Assembly (NCBI RefSeq): GCF_009914755.1
Contig: NC_060929.1
Source: the human T2T-CHM13v2.0 reference genome, Homo sapiens
Direction: 5' to 3' (one strand)
DNA: 64,000 bases
Part shown: piece by piece, positions 28,423-40,807 of the stretch
How the letters are laid out: each line of letters begins with the position of its first letter
Position numbering within the stretch: the first letter of the stretch is position 1
The notes under the pieces: generated by a model
Seen by the model: only the letters and a program-made list of their open reading frames with translations
Databases searched by the model: none
What the model was told of the DNA's origin: nothing
Program-made: the position numbers and the translations under genes

Positions 28423-29784
28423 CCCAGGTCTGAGGGACAGCCCCCTCAGAGTGGATGGCACGAACAGCAGGGAAAATAGATCCTCCAGTGGCTGCCTGGT
28501 CTTGTATTTTCTTCTGCACAGTGCTTTTAATCAGGTCCAACCCTCCTGAACTGAGTGAGCCCCCACTGGGGTGCTTGGATTATCCTGGGAGAAAAACTCT
28601 GAAGAAGGAAGAATGGACTTAAGAATAGAATGAGAATGCAATTACTGTTATCAGAATGAGAAAGGATATGTTCATTCATTTTGTTCCCTATATTGAAGAA
28701 GCCCAGTGTAATATGCAACTTTACAGAGAAAATGCCTATTTCTTCTCATTCTAATCAGGTCTCCTGAAACACTATAAAAGTAACCACTATGAGCAGCCAT
28801 GCCTGCCTCACAATCCCTGGATTAGTTGCCAACAGTCTTCTACATCTTAGTGTTTACTAGGAATCTCACTGCTTGTGGGTGTGGAGTGATCAGAGTCTTA
28901 GGAAGCTTATTTTTGTGCAGATTTTGCATATTCAGAACTTTCCAGAGTAAAAGTGAATTTTTCTATCATTGAAAAATAAGGACCAAAAAAAATAAATTCA
29001 TCAGCAGGCAGGCAGCCTCGCTTTGAAATGTGACTATCCATTTTCAATAACTAATCAAACTGGAAATCTGTCTTTTCCCAGGATTTTAATTATTAATCTT
29101 TCTTTTTTTTTCTTTTATTCTCGTATGGCTTGAAGCAAGATGATACTAATAAAAACCAGTTGGGATTTAGATGCTATCACAAGACAGAGCTTCTGAAATT
29201 ACTGAAATTTTGCCATTAAAATCCCTCAAGGAATTGTCTCTATTTCACAGATGATGTTCCTTTAAAAAAAAAGCAAAACAAAATATCCATTTTTCACCTT
29301 GTGATCTCTCCCTTTGTGTTTTGAATATTGTTAAAATGTAGCATGGCCTTAGCCTGGTCATGGTGCTTGATCACCTACCCTCAGTTTCCCTCACAGTGAC
29401 CTCCACCCCTGATCCTGAGAAATTGCTCTGGTCCACAGGCGGCCTGGGCAGATGCTGTGGGTAGAGTGGAGGCCTCCAGTTTTCAACCTCCACAGCACAT
29501 TAGGCCTACTATTGTGCAAGACACTATGCCAGGCTCCAGGACAGAAATGGGGAGTCCCTACCTTAAAAGAGACCACAGACTGAGAAGAGAAATTAACCCA
29601 TTAGTTATGAACCACAGAAAAATATAAATGGAATAAGAGAGGTGTGCACAAAGTACAGTAGCAGAAAAGAATGAATGATGGGCAATTGCTTGGGCTGAGG
29701 GTAGGAAGTGCAGGTGACTGAAGGTGAGATGGGAGACTGCACCACACTGCTGTACTTAGAACCACTGCCGAACAACCTCACTGG

Positions 29785-31240
29785 ATGTGGTCAGCTGACT
29801 TGTGTCCTCCAAGCATTCACATGTTGAAGTCCTAATCCCCAGGAACTCTGAATGTGACCTTATTTGGAATAAGGTAATTGAAGATATAATCAATTATGGT
29901 GAGGTCATACTGGAGTAGGGTAGACCCCCGAGCTAATATGACTGATGTCCTTATTGAAAGGAGAAATTTGGACATGAACATTCAGAGGGAAGGTGATGTG
30001 AAGAGACACTGGGAGAAGATGGCCGTCAACAAGCCAAGGAGAGAGGCCTGGAACAGAGCCTTCCCTCACAGCCCCTAGAAGGAACCAATCCGGCTGAATT
30101 GCAACAAAGCAAAAATTGACATATAGTATCTAATTAAACTTCAGAGCTCTGCACAGCAAAAGAAACTACGAACTGCATAAACAGACAACCTACAGAATGG
30201 GAGAAAATTTTTGCAACCAATGTATCTGACAAAGGTCTAATATCCAGCATCTACAAGAAACAAATTTACAAGAAAAAAAAACCCCGTTAAAAATTGGGCA
30301 AAGGACATGAACAGACACTTCTCAATAGACACACATGTGGCCAACAAACATGAAAAAAAGCTCAACATCACTGATCATTAGAGAAACGCAAATCAAAACC
30401 ACGATGAGATACCATCTCATTCCAGTCAGAATGGATATTGAAAAGTCAAAAAACAACAGATGCTGGTGAGGTTGTGGAGAAAAAGGAATGCTTCTACACT
30501 GTTGGTGGGAGTGTAAATGAATTCAACCATTGTGGAAGACAGTGTGGCAACTCCTCAAAGACCTAGAGGCAGAAATACCATTCAACCCAGCAATCCCATT
30601 ACTGAGTATATACCCAAAGGAATAGAAATCATTCCATTATAAAGACACATGCACACGTATGTTCAACGTAGTACTACTCACAATAGCAAAGATATGGAGT
30701 CAACCTAAATGCCCATCAATGATAGACTGGATAAAGAAAATGTGGTACATATACACCACAGAATACTATGCAGCCATAAAAAGGAATGAGATCACATCCT
30801 TTTCAGGGACATGGATGGAGCTGGAGGCCATTATCCTTAACAAATTAACACAGAAACAGAAAACCAAATCCCGCATGTTCTTACTTACAAGTGAGGGCTA
30901 AATGATAAAAACATAGGGACACATGGGGGGTGGGCAACACACACTGGGGCCTGTCAGAGGACGGGACGTGGGAAGAGAGAGAAGATCAGGAAGAATAGTT
31001 AATGGATGCTGGGCTTACTACCTGGGTGATGGGATGATCTGTACAACCCACCATGGCATACGTTTACGTATGTAACAAACCTACATATCCTTCACAAATT
31101 AAAAGTTGGAAATTAGAAAAAAAAAATCCTGGTGACACCCAGATTTCAGGCTTCTAGCCTCCAAAACTAAGAGAGAAGAAATTTCTGTTGTTTTAAGCCA
31201 CCAGGTCCGTGGTACATTTTATGGTAGCCCAGGCAAACAC
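29785..31240 (+). mobile_element. MLT1 LTR split by an L1 insertion (parts at about 29785-30096 and 31125-31240)
   Basis: GAATGTGACCTTATTTGGAA ... GAAGGAACCAATCC resumes after the L1 as GACACCCAGATTTCAGGCTTCTAGCCTCCA ... TTTAAGCCACC. Confidence 0.8.
30097..31126 (+). mobile_element. 5'-truncated LINE-1 (end of ORF2 plus 3' UTR and polyA; older primate subfamily)
   Basis: ORF 30659-30901 reads as decayed L1 ORF2 C-terminus (WSQPKCPSMIDWIKKMWYIYTTEYYAAIK); L1 3' UTR and A-tail follow. Confidence 0.92.
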
Positions 31241-31881
31241 ACTTGGCAAGAAGTAGCCATCGTGCCCCATGACTCCTCCCAACCTGAGAAGCACTCTTAC
31301 TCCCAGAAGTTGCACACAAATAACTGGGGTAAGTTTTAGAGCAAACTGGGACCCTAGTCCTTTATTTTCTCCTCCCTTTCAGAGTATTTAAAGCATTAAT
31401 TCACTCTCCACCATAAGGTTGGACCAGTAAGTTCTACAAGAAAGAAAAAAAAAAAACAACAGAAAAAAATTAATACCTTTTGTCATGTAATTGTGGCAGG
31501 GGTAATGCTATGTGCTCATCAAACATACTACCTCTTCCAGAACAAGCAGAAGATGCATTTCCCAGTTTGCCCCACAAGTAGGCTGGGGCCAGGAACGTGG
31601 GTGACTCCAGTAAATACTACTTCTAGTCCTGGTCCATAAAAAACTCTCAGGCAGTCCTCCAAACCCTCTCTCCCCACTCACTGGCTAATAAATTCAGAGC
31701 ATCCAATAAATGACTCTAAAGTCCTAAAAACTCCTAGGCCCTAGTAATAGTGAAACCATGAAAAAGAAGGCACTTGGATTTCCAAGCAATTGCACCAAGA
31801 GCCTCCCTGGAGAAACATAAATGCTGGGCTATGAATGAGAAAAAAATAAGCCTCTATGATGTCATGGTTATTATGTTAAGC

Positions 31882-32075
31882 CCGTTGGTGCACCTATGTT
31901 TAACAACCCACTTTCTGGAGAGAAAAAAATCTGATTTGTAGTATTTGATGATTTCTATGGTGTAAATACTTCGGTCATGGTCAATTTTAGGCTACCAGTT
32001 AAATGCAGAGCTTAGAAGAAATGCTAACAGTTGGCTTTTGTGAGTCATACAAGCCAGCTCCAGCACACCGGCGGT
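31882..32075. mobile_element. MER63-like hAT element nested in old MLT-like sequence
   Basis: GTTTAACAACC ... CTGATTTGTAG ... GGTGTAAATACT ... GCTCCAGCACACC motifs. Confidence 0.55.
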
Positions 32076-33529
32076 TAAGACTTTTTGGGTTTAGGGTGTG
32101 TTTCCATAGCACATCCTAGCCCACCTTGTCTAATATGCTAATCAACCTATGAGTGGGCTACCTCATTTCCTGTCCTCAGAAGCCACAGCACTATGACCTC
32201 CTCATCTTGAGGCTTTCCGTGAGTTTGTTTGTCCAGGGATAAACAACCTACTTTTAAAACTGAAAACCCCCAAGGTGATCCAAAACAGTTTCCTTTGATT
32301 CATCAGGGCCTCAATTTACTTCTAATAAATCCAGAGCATCTCCTTGGAGGTTTGGTATTGTGTGAAGCTTAATGAGGACATTTTTATTCATTTTAACAGC
32401 ATTCAAAATTCTGTATCTCAGAGGACTGTTGCTTGCGAAGGACACAATGTTAGGTTTTTTTGAAAAGACAATACTCAACTATTCTCTTTGGGTTTTTGAT
32501 TTTTCCTGTGGAAAAGATTCTATGTCCTCTCCTGGTACATTAATATCACAAGTTTTAGAAATTCTTATAAATTTTCAAATAATCTGGATATTTTACCATC
32601 AGACTGAAGTCAAGATAATTCCTCCCTCTGATCTTGTGTCTGTGTCAAATTCTAACAGTGTTCTGATTCAGAGAGTTCTACATTCATCTATGTGCTCAAC
32701 TTGTCACCAGTTGGAAACTTGGTGATTGTGGAGTCAATTGTTTTTCCTCTTCCACTGATACCAGCTCCCTACTCACCCCTCACCCCCAGCCCAGCAATTC
32801 ACAACTCAGGAAGAAACAGCGATCCACAGGGGCTGAAACTCGAATTCAATCTTATATGTTCCTCTTGGTCAAAGTTATTGGGAAAAATGTTGTCTCTTTT
32901 CTTGTGTCATTTGCTTGTACCCCTTAAAACGGGGTGATTTTGAAAAACTAAGATATGTTATTAAATGAAAAGGGCAAGCTGCAATATATGTGTCCATATT
33001 TGTGTGATCTGTGTGTGAATATGTTCTTGTATAAAAAACATTAGATACGTATCTCGACAAACATGCACTCAATGAAAAGACACAGAGCACATGCTCACAC
33101 AGGAGTTTTGATTCATTGGAACATGGATTCCTCACTCTCGGTGTTTCGTACCATGTGAAAGGTCTCCACTAGAACATGCCTGCCTCCCCTTTCACTCATT
33201 CCTCTCTCATAAATGGGTTTGCAAGGGAAACTGGGCCTTGGGCTCAGCCCCCCGACCAACCCCTTTTTAAGGAGCTACCTGCCCTGGAGGAAGATATTCA
33301 GCCCCATTCCCCCAAGCCCTGAGTTTTCCAGGGGCAGGTCACTGGAGAGTGAAAATGCAACTAGAGAAGTAGAGAAGAAACTATAGCCCACTGCCATTGA
33401 CGATACCAGAGGAGGAGAACGAGGACAGGGATAAGCAAAGCAGCAGATAATCCAAACTGAAACCCCCAAGTTACTCTTAAGAAGCAAATTTTGTAAGTCG
33501 GTGACTTATCCCTTTGTTTTAAAAATTGG

Positions 33530-33790
33530 CTTTCCGATTATTCATTCCTCATTTGTTCATGCAACAGGTATTTATGGAGTTCCAACTATGAGACAGGCAC
33601 TCTTTTGATTGCTGAAGACATAGCTGTGATAAAGGTAAATCATTGTCCTCACAAAGCTCACATTTAGTGGGAGAAAACAACAAGATAACTAAGGAAAATA
33701 CTTAGCAGGTTAGATACTAATAGGCAAAAGGAGAAAAATAGGCAGGGAGAAGGAAAGAGGTATCCATGCAGAGAGGTCATAATTTCACTG
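33530..33790. mobile_element. L2 LINE 3' fragment
   Basis: ATTCATTC ... TATTTATGGAGTTCCAACTATGAGACAGGCACT ... CTCACATTTAGTGGGAG typical of the L2 3' end. Confidence 0.6.
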
Positions 33791-34066
33791 GGCCAGTACA
33801 AATTCTTTTGGAAAGGCATGTAAGCTTATGAGTCTGCTGGATAATGGGGAGTTGCCTAGATAATGACAGGCAGATCAGCAACAGAACTGAGTTCACCTTC
33901 CCCACACAGCCCCCTTGGAGTGGCTGAGTGTGTGTGGTAAAGGTGCTTGGTTCCTAAGCAGACAGGACCCATAGAGGGAGGACCTAGGGAGGCTCATATT
34001 GAGCACTGTCTGCATACTGTCAGGTCCTTCAGAGATTCCCCTTTGTGCCTCTGGACAGTTAGCATG

Positions 34067-34439
34067 TGTATTAGTCCATTTTTGCACTGCTATAAAGAAC
34101 TGCCTAGGACTGGGTAATTTATAAAGAAAAAAAGGTTTGATTGACTCACAGTTCCACATGGCTGGGGAGGCCTCAGGAAACTTACAATCATGGCAGAAAG
34201 CAAAGGGGAAGCAAAGACCTTCTTCACCTGCTGGCAGGAGAGAGAGAGAGAGAGCAAAGAGGGAAGTGCCACTTTTAAACCATCAGATCTCCTGAGGACT
34301 CACTTACTATCATGAGAACAGCAAGGGGGAAACTGCCCCCATGATCCAATCACCTCCCACCAGGTCCCTGCATCAACATGTGGGGGTTACAATTGGAGAT
34401 GAGATTTGGGTGGGGACTTATTGCTAAACCATATCAACA
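34067..34439 (-). mobile_element. MST MaLR solo LTR
   Basis: TGTATTAGTCCATTTTTGCACTGCTATAAAGAA ... GGCCTCAGGAAACTTACAATCATGGCAGAA ... AAACCATATCA. Confidence 0.88.
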
Positions 34440-35442
34440 TGCATCTGTATAGGTGCTTGGCTGCACTTGGCAAAGGGAAATTCAGTGCTCAGGGAGGTAG
34501 AGTCCTTGATGCATAAAGAAACAGTCAGCTTCTGTCCCCAACATACACAGAGAAGAAAAGCCAGCTAATCCCACCAAACCTAAGGTGGGGCCTTTACAGC
34601 AAAGCCTCACTCAAGACAGAGCTATCCACAAGCCCCCTCAGCATGAGGGAAAGCGGATTCTAAAACCAGTTATAATTGCTTTAAATGCAGCTCTTAGACT
34701 TTGAGGAATTTAATCAAAACCTTCATAAAATGGCATTGTCCTTTGACTGCTTTTTCATTTCAGCAGCAGAAATGCTGCACAAGGCAGAAGAAGAAAAAAG
34801 TAATTGAAGAACACCGTTGAACGGAATCTGCTTTGCTGCCGCAGGAACCATATTTTATGGGCAAAGCCCACGCTACTAGAACTCTCTAGGGAGCCGTACA
34901 GGAGCCGATCACATTTTTGCTGGCAGCTTTAGATGACAAATTTGTCTTACAATTCAGAGGCATTACTGGGGCTTTAAATAAGTGTGCAGCCTTCAGTGCG
35001 TCCACTCTGTGGGCTCCCTGAAGGGAGCTGCTTCAGAGGATTAGAAGCCACAGATTGACACTCACATTTTGCCTTCACCTGTGTTAATTTCTGACAGCAA
35101 ACGAGGGTCAGGGATATGAGGTTTGCGACTGGGATCCAGCACTTAGTGAAAAGAAGCTCTAATAATCACTAACAAAGGCAAATCATAATAATAGCTATAC
35201 TTGCATTGGGCTTACTATGTGCTACTTTGCATTGATTAATTAAAGTCATTCATATAATAGCTCTATGAAATTGGCACCATTTGCCTCAAAGGTGGGTAGA
35301 GTGAAACAGTGTGTGTTAATGTGGCAGGTCCACATGGCTGGTCAACATGGAGCCAATATTTTTACCCAGGATGACTCAGCCTGTGCTACCAACTAATCAG
35401 TACACACACTACTGTGTGTCACATAGAAATAAACTAAACAGA

Positions 35443-35804
35443 ATGGTCCTATCAGGCTGCTATAACAAAATACCCATACGCTGGGTGATTTATAAACAAC
35501 AGATGCTTATTTCTCAAGGTTCTCAAGGTTGGGCAGTCCAAGATCAAGGCGCTGGCAGATTTGGTGTCTGGTGAGGGAGCATTTTCTGGTTGCTACATGA
35601 CACGTTCTCATTGTGTCCTCACATGCTGGGAGGGGCGAGGGAGCTCTCTGGAGTCTCTTTAACAAGGGTGATAATACCATTCATGAGGGCTCCACCTTCA
35701 TGTCCTCATCACTTCCCAAAGGCCCGCCTCCTAATACTGTCATGTTGGGGGTTGTGATTTCAACATATGTATTTGGGGAGAACACAAATATTCAGACCAT
35801 AGCA
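35443..35804 (-). mobile_element. MaLR solo LTR (MLT1A-like)
   Basis: CAGGCTGCTATAACAAAATACC ... ACACAAATATTCAGACCATAGCA. Confidence 0.8.
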
Positions 35805-35874
35805 TTGGCTTAAGAACTAATTCTGTACTGTTTTTACTACTCAGCTTGATTAGGGCCTGAAATTATTCTTCTTC

Positions 35875-36140
35875 TTACTTTTATTATTATATTTTGGAGA
35901 CAGTCTCACTCTGTCACCCAGAGCAGAGTGCAGTGGTGCAATCTCAGCTCACTGCAACTTCAATCTCCTGGGCTGAAGTGATTCTCCTGCCTCAGCCTCC
36001 CGAGTAGCTGAGACTAGAGGTATGGCCACCACACCTGGCAATTTTTGTATTTTAAGTATAGATGGGGTTTCACCACGTTGGCTGGGCTGGTCTTGATTGA
36101 ACTCCTGATCTCAAGTGATCTGCCCTCCTCAGTCTCCTAA
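35875..36140 (-). mobile_element. Alu SINE, antisense, diverged
   Basis: GAGACAGTCTCACTCTGTCACCCAG ... CTCAAGTGATCTGCCC. Confidence 0.9.
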
Positions 36141-36571
36141 AATAGAGCCTGAAATTGTTTACAGTAAATTTAGGTGTAACTGAGTTCTCTAGAAAACCTG
36201 TGATGCAGAATTTACCCTCTTTATTCCAAATAGTCTCTAGGTCAGAGAATCAGTTTCTTTGGTCCTGCAGCTGATTAAATCCCAGTTCATATCATCCTGA
36301 GGAGTGGATTATTACCATTGGTAGCTATTTGTCAAATGGGCTTCAAAATGCTTTTGTTATTCTTGTTGTTTCGAGGCTGTTTTAATTTAGATGTTAACAT
36401 TTCTGTAGCATCGTTTTCTTTTGCGTGGTACTAAAGGCCTCAGAACTTGAATTTGTTTGTGACCTCAGTTACCCAAACTGCATGGAAAAAAATTGTTTTT
36501 TCAAAAATCCACTTTGCATTAATTTGTTCTAAGTTCCATACCTACCTTCCAGAAGGTAGTGATACATTAGA

Positions 36572-36785
36572 GCAGGGGGTGGGAAACTTTTTCTGTAAAG
36601 GGCCAGGTAGTAACTGTTTTGGGCTTTGCAGGTCACATGGTCTCTGCCAAATCTACACAGCTCTCTGCGGTAACCACAGACATGCAAACACATAGGTGTG
36701 AGACTATGTTCTAGGAAAACCTTATTTATTAAAATAGGCAACTGGCCAGATTTGGCCAAGGAGCCTTGGTTTACTGACCCCAGCA
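36572..36785. mobile_element. MER58A-like hAT-Charlie element
   Basis: CAGGGGGTGGGAAACTTTTTCTGTAAAGGGCCAG ... GGCCAGATTTGGCC ... TGACCCC. Confidence 0.78.
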
Positions 36786-37554
36786 TTAAAGGGGCAGATT
36801 TCCAGCCCACTCCCAGCGGACCTCCTTCCAAGTGATGGAGTCCCAGTCACTTCACACTTCAGGCATCTCTCTGCCCTTTGGTTAGTTTGGTCCCAGGAAG
36901 GTGGAGACGTTAATTAGACTGGTAAATGCAAGAATGAACTGTGCCTGCCAGGATCAATTTCACCGCCTTTCCCTAGGCAGTAGCTGGCCCACAGGAGATG
37001 CAGATTCTGCTCTTTTTCCTGGTGCCCCCATCTTATTTACAGGATCCCTCAAATGGCATTATTACCAATGTTTTTATTCTGTCCAACAGCCAGATGAATT
37101 TTATTTCCTTTCAACATAACAGCATAGAACAAGTTAACACAAAAACACTCCTTATTTTTTCCACTGTTTATCTCATGCGGTGCATTACTGCTATGCATTA
37201 ATCATAAGCTGATTGGCAGTCACATGAGTATTGCATACTTAAAATGTAAAATTCATTTAATAAATGAGATTATGTATAGGTAACAGTTCTTTCAAAACAT
37301 ATTGCTCCCAGGAGGAAAAAAATGAAGTCCCTGGTGGCAATGAGATTGGGAACTTACCATTCCCTCGTGTTTCCCTCCTGTCTTAATATTCAGAGGATAA
37401 TCGAGCCTGGGAGAACAGGCAAACAGGGCTGCAGAGACAGATCTGATTGCAAATGTCCCTTTTCCCCCTGTCCTTGCATATTGCTCAAAGCCAAGCAGAG
37501 AGGAGCTATCAGATACCAGAGATCCTCCTGGGAGCAGGCTGAGGTTTATGGCTG

Positions 37555-38322
37555 CCGTATTTGTCAGCTGGGGCTGCACAAACTAAGTACCATGGATGAC
37601 GTGGCTTAACCAACAGAATTCACTGTCTCACAGTACTGGCACCAGAAGTATGGAATCAAGCAGTTGGCTGTGAAGGAATGCCCTGTTCCAGGCCTTTCCC
37701 TGAGGCTTGTAGGCAGCTGTCTTCTCCCTGTGTCCCTTTACATCATCCTCCCTGATATGGTTTGGCTGTGTCCCTACCCAAATCTCATCTTGAATTGTAG
37801 TTCCCATAATTCCCACATGTCCTGGGAGGGACCATCTGGAGATAATTGAATCATGGGGGCAGTTCCTCCCATCCTGTTCTCGTGATAGTGAGTTAGTTCT
37901 CACAGGACCTGATGGTTTTATAAGGGTCTTGCCTCTTCACTGTGCACTCATTCCTCTTCATGCTGCCACGTGAAGGACATATTTACATCTCCTTCTGCCA
38001 TGATTATAAGTTTCCTGAGTCCTTCCCAGCCATGCTGAACTGTGAGTCAGTTAAACCTCTTTCCTTTATAAATTACCGAGTCTTGGGTATGTCTTTATTA
38101 GCAGTGTGAGAAAGGACTAATACATGCATGTCTGTCTCTATATATCCAAATTTCCCCTTTTCTCAAAGACACCAGTCATACTGGAATAGGGCTCATCCTA
38201 GTGGCCTCATTTTATTTTGATTATCTCTGTAAAATTCTATTTCCAAATAAGTTCACATTCTAAGGTACTGGGGATTAAGACTCCAAAACATAAATTTCAA
38301 GGGGACACAATTCAACCGACAG
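37555..38322. mobile_element. MLT1 LTR (-) with a nested THE1/MST LTR (+) at about 37753-38124
   Basis: Nested element TGATATGGTTTGGCTGTGTCCC ... GGACTAATACA; MLT1 motifs on both sides (GACACCAGTCATACTGGAATAGGGC). Confidence 0.82.
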
Positions 38323-39624
38323 CAGTTGTCTAAACTAGAAACACGATTGCTTCTGTTGGTGAGGCTGTCCAAGAGTGCTTACACTTTATGTGTGGCATGC
38401 AGGCCAGTGTGTGCTAACCCAGTCAGAAGGGGAATTTATTTAGGGTCTAGGATGGTGGGGGCAGGAGGTGGGGAAAGGAAGGATGCATTTTCTGGGAACA
38501 CCTTATACACCATAAGGGAACGATCTCCTTCCCCCTAGACACCTGGCTAATCTATATCCCTCTCTACCCACTCAAGCCACCAGGACAGCTAGAATTAGAA
38601 AGACCTGTCCCAGTTACGCCTGCAGGCTGAGGGTCCTCAATGAATGCTCCTTTTCAGTAATGACTCCCCTGCCCCTGCATCTTGAGCAAGACAAACCGGG
38701 GACATTTAGGAACAATGGTGAGAAGAAAGGAGTAGATGACCCTCAACTGGCTTTGAATTTACTACTTTTCCTGCCTTTGGCCGCTGGTGGGAGATGCAGG
38801 GTGCCCAGTGGCCTTCGCAGACTCGCAGATCCCATCCCAGGAAATGCACGGGCCGGTGTGGCCAGGACAGAACAGAGGGACCACTCTCAGTCCAGCCCTC
38901 CCTGCAGGCGGCTCGCCAGCTATTCCTTCTGGTCTTCGGTTTGCAGGAGGGCAGAGGGTTTCCCGCGCCCTGGACCATCCGGGCGTAGTCCCGGCAGCAA
39001 GGCCTTCTTTCCTTGCTAGCCTGGGCCTGCCGCAGACAGACCCCAGAGGGAGCCGCGCCCAGCCCGCTGGGCGGCCCCGGCTTCCCGCGACCCCCTCCAG
39101 ACCCTGGGCAGAAAGAGCGCCCTGCTGTCCCGACAGAGCCACTGTGCTTTTGAGGGATCCTGACACCTAGTGGCTCCCGCTCCCTTCTCCGAAGAGCACC
39201 GGGTCCTATCTGAGCATTCCCGCGACTCCCAGCCCCTGATCGCAGCTAAGACACCCATTCGCGCACCCGGCTTCTCCCACATCCTCGTCCCAGGGGTTCA
39301 GCTGACACTGGTAGTCGCCTGAGCTGTACTCTTTGGGGCCCAGGCGCCTTGGCGGGAGCTCACCCTCCCTGTCTCCCCAGCTGACCCTGCCGCGCCCCCT
39401 TCATCTCCGCACGCTCCCACCCGGCCCCCTCCACAGGCTGTCCAGCCCCGCCCCTCGGAACCCACCCCTGGTAGTGAAGCCCTGCCCCCAGGGTCCCTGC
39501 CCGAAGGTGCGCTCCTCCTCTAGGGCCCCTCTACTCTGTGAGCTCTGTCCCCGATCCCTAGCGGTGCAGCCCCTCCCAGGGCCCCTCCTCGTTGTGAGCT
39601 CCTCTCTCCAGTCCCCGGCGGCGC

Positions 39625-39830
39625 ATCCCTGCCCCCAGGCCCCCTCCCCTAAGGTGAACCCTGCCCCAAGGCCCCAGTCCCTAAGGTGAACCCCGCCCCC
39701 AGGCTGCCTCCCCTAAGGTAACCCCGCCCCCAGGCCCCCTCCCCTAAGGTGAGCCCCGCCCCTAGGCCCCCGCCCCTAAGGTGAGCCCCGCCCCCAGGCC
39801 CCTTTCCCTAAGGTGAACCCCGCCCCTACG
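39625..39830. repeat. About 32-bp C-rich minisatellite in CFAP90 intron 1
   Basis: CTAAGGT recurs at 39649, 39681, 39713, 39744, 39776 and 39808; unit approximately CCCCTAAGGTGAACCCCGCCCCCAGGCCCCCT. Confidence 0.9.
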
Positions 39831-39916
39831 CCCTCCCTCCGAGGGAGAGCCCCGCCCCAAGACCCTTCCGCTGGGGTGATCCCTTCTCCCCCGCCCCTCC
39901 GCGGCCGCCCGCCCCT

Positions 39917-39964
39917 GCCCAGCCGCCCAGCCGCCCAGCCGCCCAGCCGCCCAGCCGCCCAGCC
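39917..39964. repeat. (GCCCAGCC)6 perfect octamer repeat
   Basis: Six exact copies counted, starting about 33 nt inside CFAP90 intron 1. Confidence 0.93.
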
Positions 39965-39997
39965 TTCCGGTCTCCGCGCCCAGTCCGCGGTCCTCAC

Positions 39998-40144
39998 CCG
40001 CGCCGGGCGGTAGTAGTAGCTGTGCTCTTTGGGGTCCAGGCGCCGCGGCGGGATGTAGCTGAAGGCGGACTGCGCCGAGACGGGCGGCGGCCTGGGCTTG
40101 CCCCGCAGCGTGGACGCGGTGGTCTCCTCCTCGTCGTCCTCCAT
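39998..40144 (-). CDS. CFAP90: CFAP90 (C5orf49) exon 1, coding part; cilia- and flagella-associated protein 90
   Basis: Strong Kozak GGCGGCATGG; encodes [49 protein letters not shown], then the donor |gtgagg. Confidence 0.94.
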
Positions 40145-40266
40145 GCCGCCACCGTCCAGCGCCCCCGCCTTGGCCGCGGTCCGTCCCGCCCGCCCAGGGG
40201 CCCAGTCGGAGTCTGCAGGCCTCAGGTTGCTCAGCGCCAGCGTCTAGCCCGCGTCTGTGTTCGGTC

Positions 40267-40279
40267 GTTGCCTGGAAAC
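40267..40279. promoter_or_regulatory. RFX X-box
   Basis: GTTGCCTGGAAAC, a near-consensus X-box about 125 nt upstream of the ATG of a ciliary gene. Confidence 0.72.
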
Positions 40280-40650
40280 CGCCGCCTGGCGACCCGGAGC
40301 TGCCCTGCAGCATTCCCGCTCCAGGGTGGAGCGACCCTCCCCTCCTCCCTCCCGGCCCCTCGACTACACCTGGGGTCTCTCCTTCCTTCCTCCTCGGGAG
40401 GAGCCCGACTGGGAGACGCCGCGGGGACTACCCATTTCCAGCCCGCTCACCTTTCCCATGCAGCAGCCCCTGCTTCACTCACTGATCACTCCTTCGCGAG
40501 ACCATTAGTGACTGAGCACCTAGCGCATGGTGTGTCAGGAGCTGGAGATTGAGCCTTGAACGGAGCAGGCCTTGTCCACAGGAAGCTTACAGTCTGGAGA
40601 AGACACATGAAAGACGCGAAGAAGCCAAATGACTTGCCGAGGCTCCAGGG

Positions 40651-40807
40651 CAGCGCTGTCCAATAGAAACATGATGAGAGCCACGTGTGTCGTTTCTTAT
40701 TTGACTCAGTAAGTCCAAAACGTTATCATTTCAACAAATGGCACTAGCTGCCTTTCAAGCTCTCGGTGGCCACGTGTGGCTAGCAGTTACAGTATTGGCC
40801 AGTGCAG
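40651..40807. mobile_element. MER3/MER33-like hAT-Charlie element
   Basis: CAGCGCTGTCCAATAGAA ... GCCACGTGTGGCTAG ... TATTGGCCAGTGCAG. Confidence 0.72.

Larger units (their letters stand above)
38980..40520. promoter_or_regulatory. CpG island / promoter of CFAP90
   Basis: Very GC- and CpG-rich segment spanning CFAP90 exon 1, with multiple GC boxes. Confidence 0.85.

Noticed and set aside
30659-30901. 80-aa ORF resembling a reverse transcriptase protein C-terminus
   Set aside because: Decayed, 5'-truncated L1 ORF2; not an autonomous or novel retroelement.
38660-40552. Multiple overlapping ORFs of 100-183 aa in the CFAP90 CpG island
   Set aside because: Stop-codon scarcity in GC-rich DNA; only 39998-40144 fits a spliced gene model.
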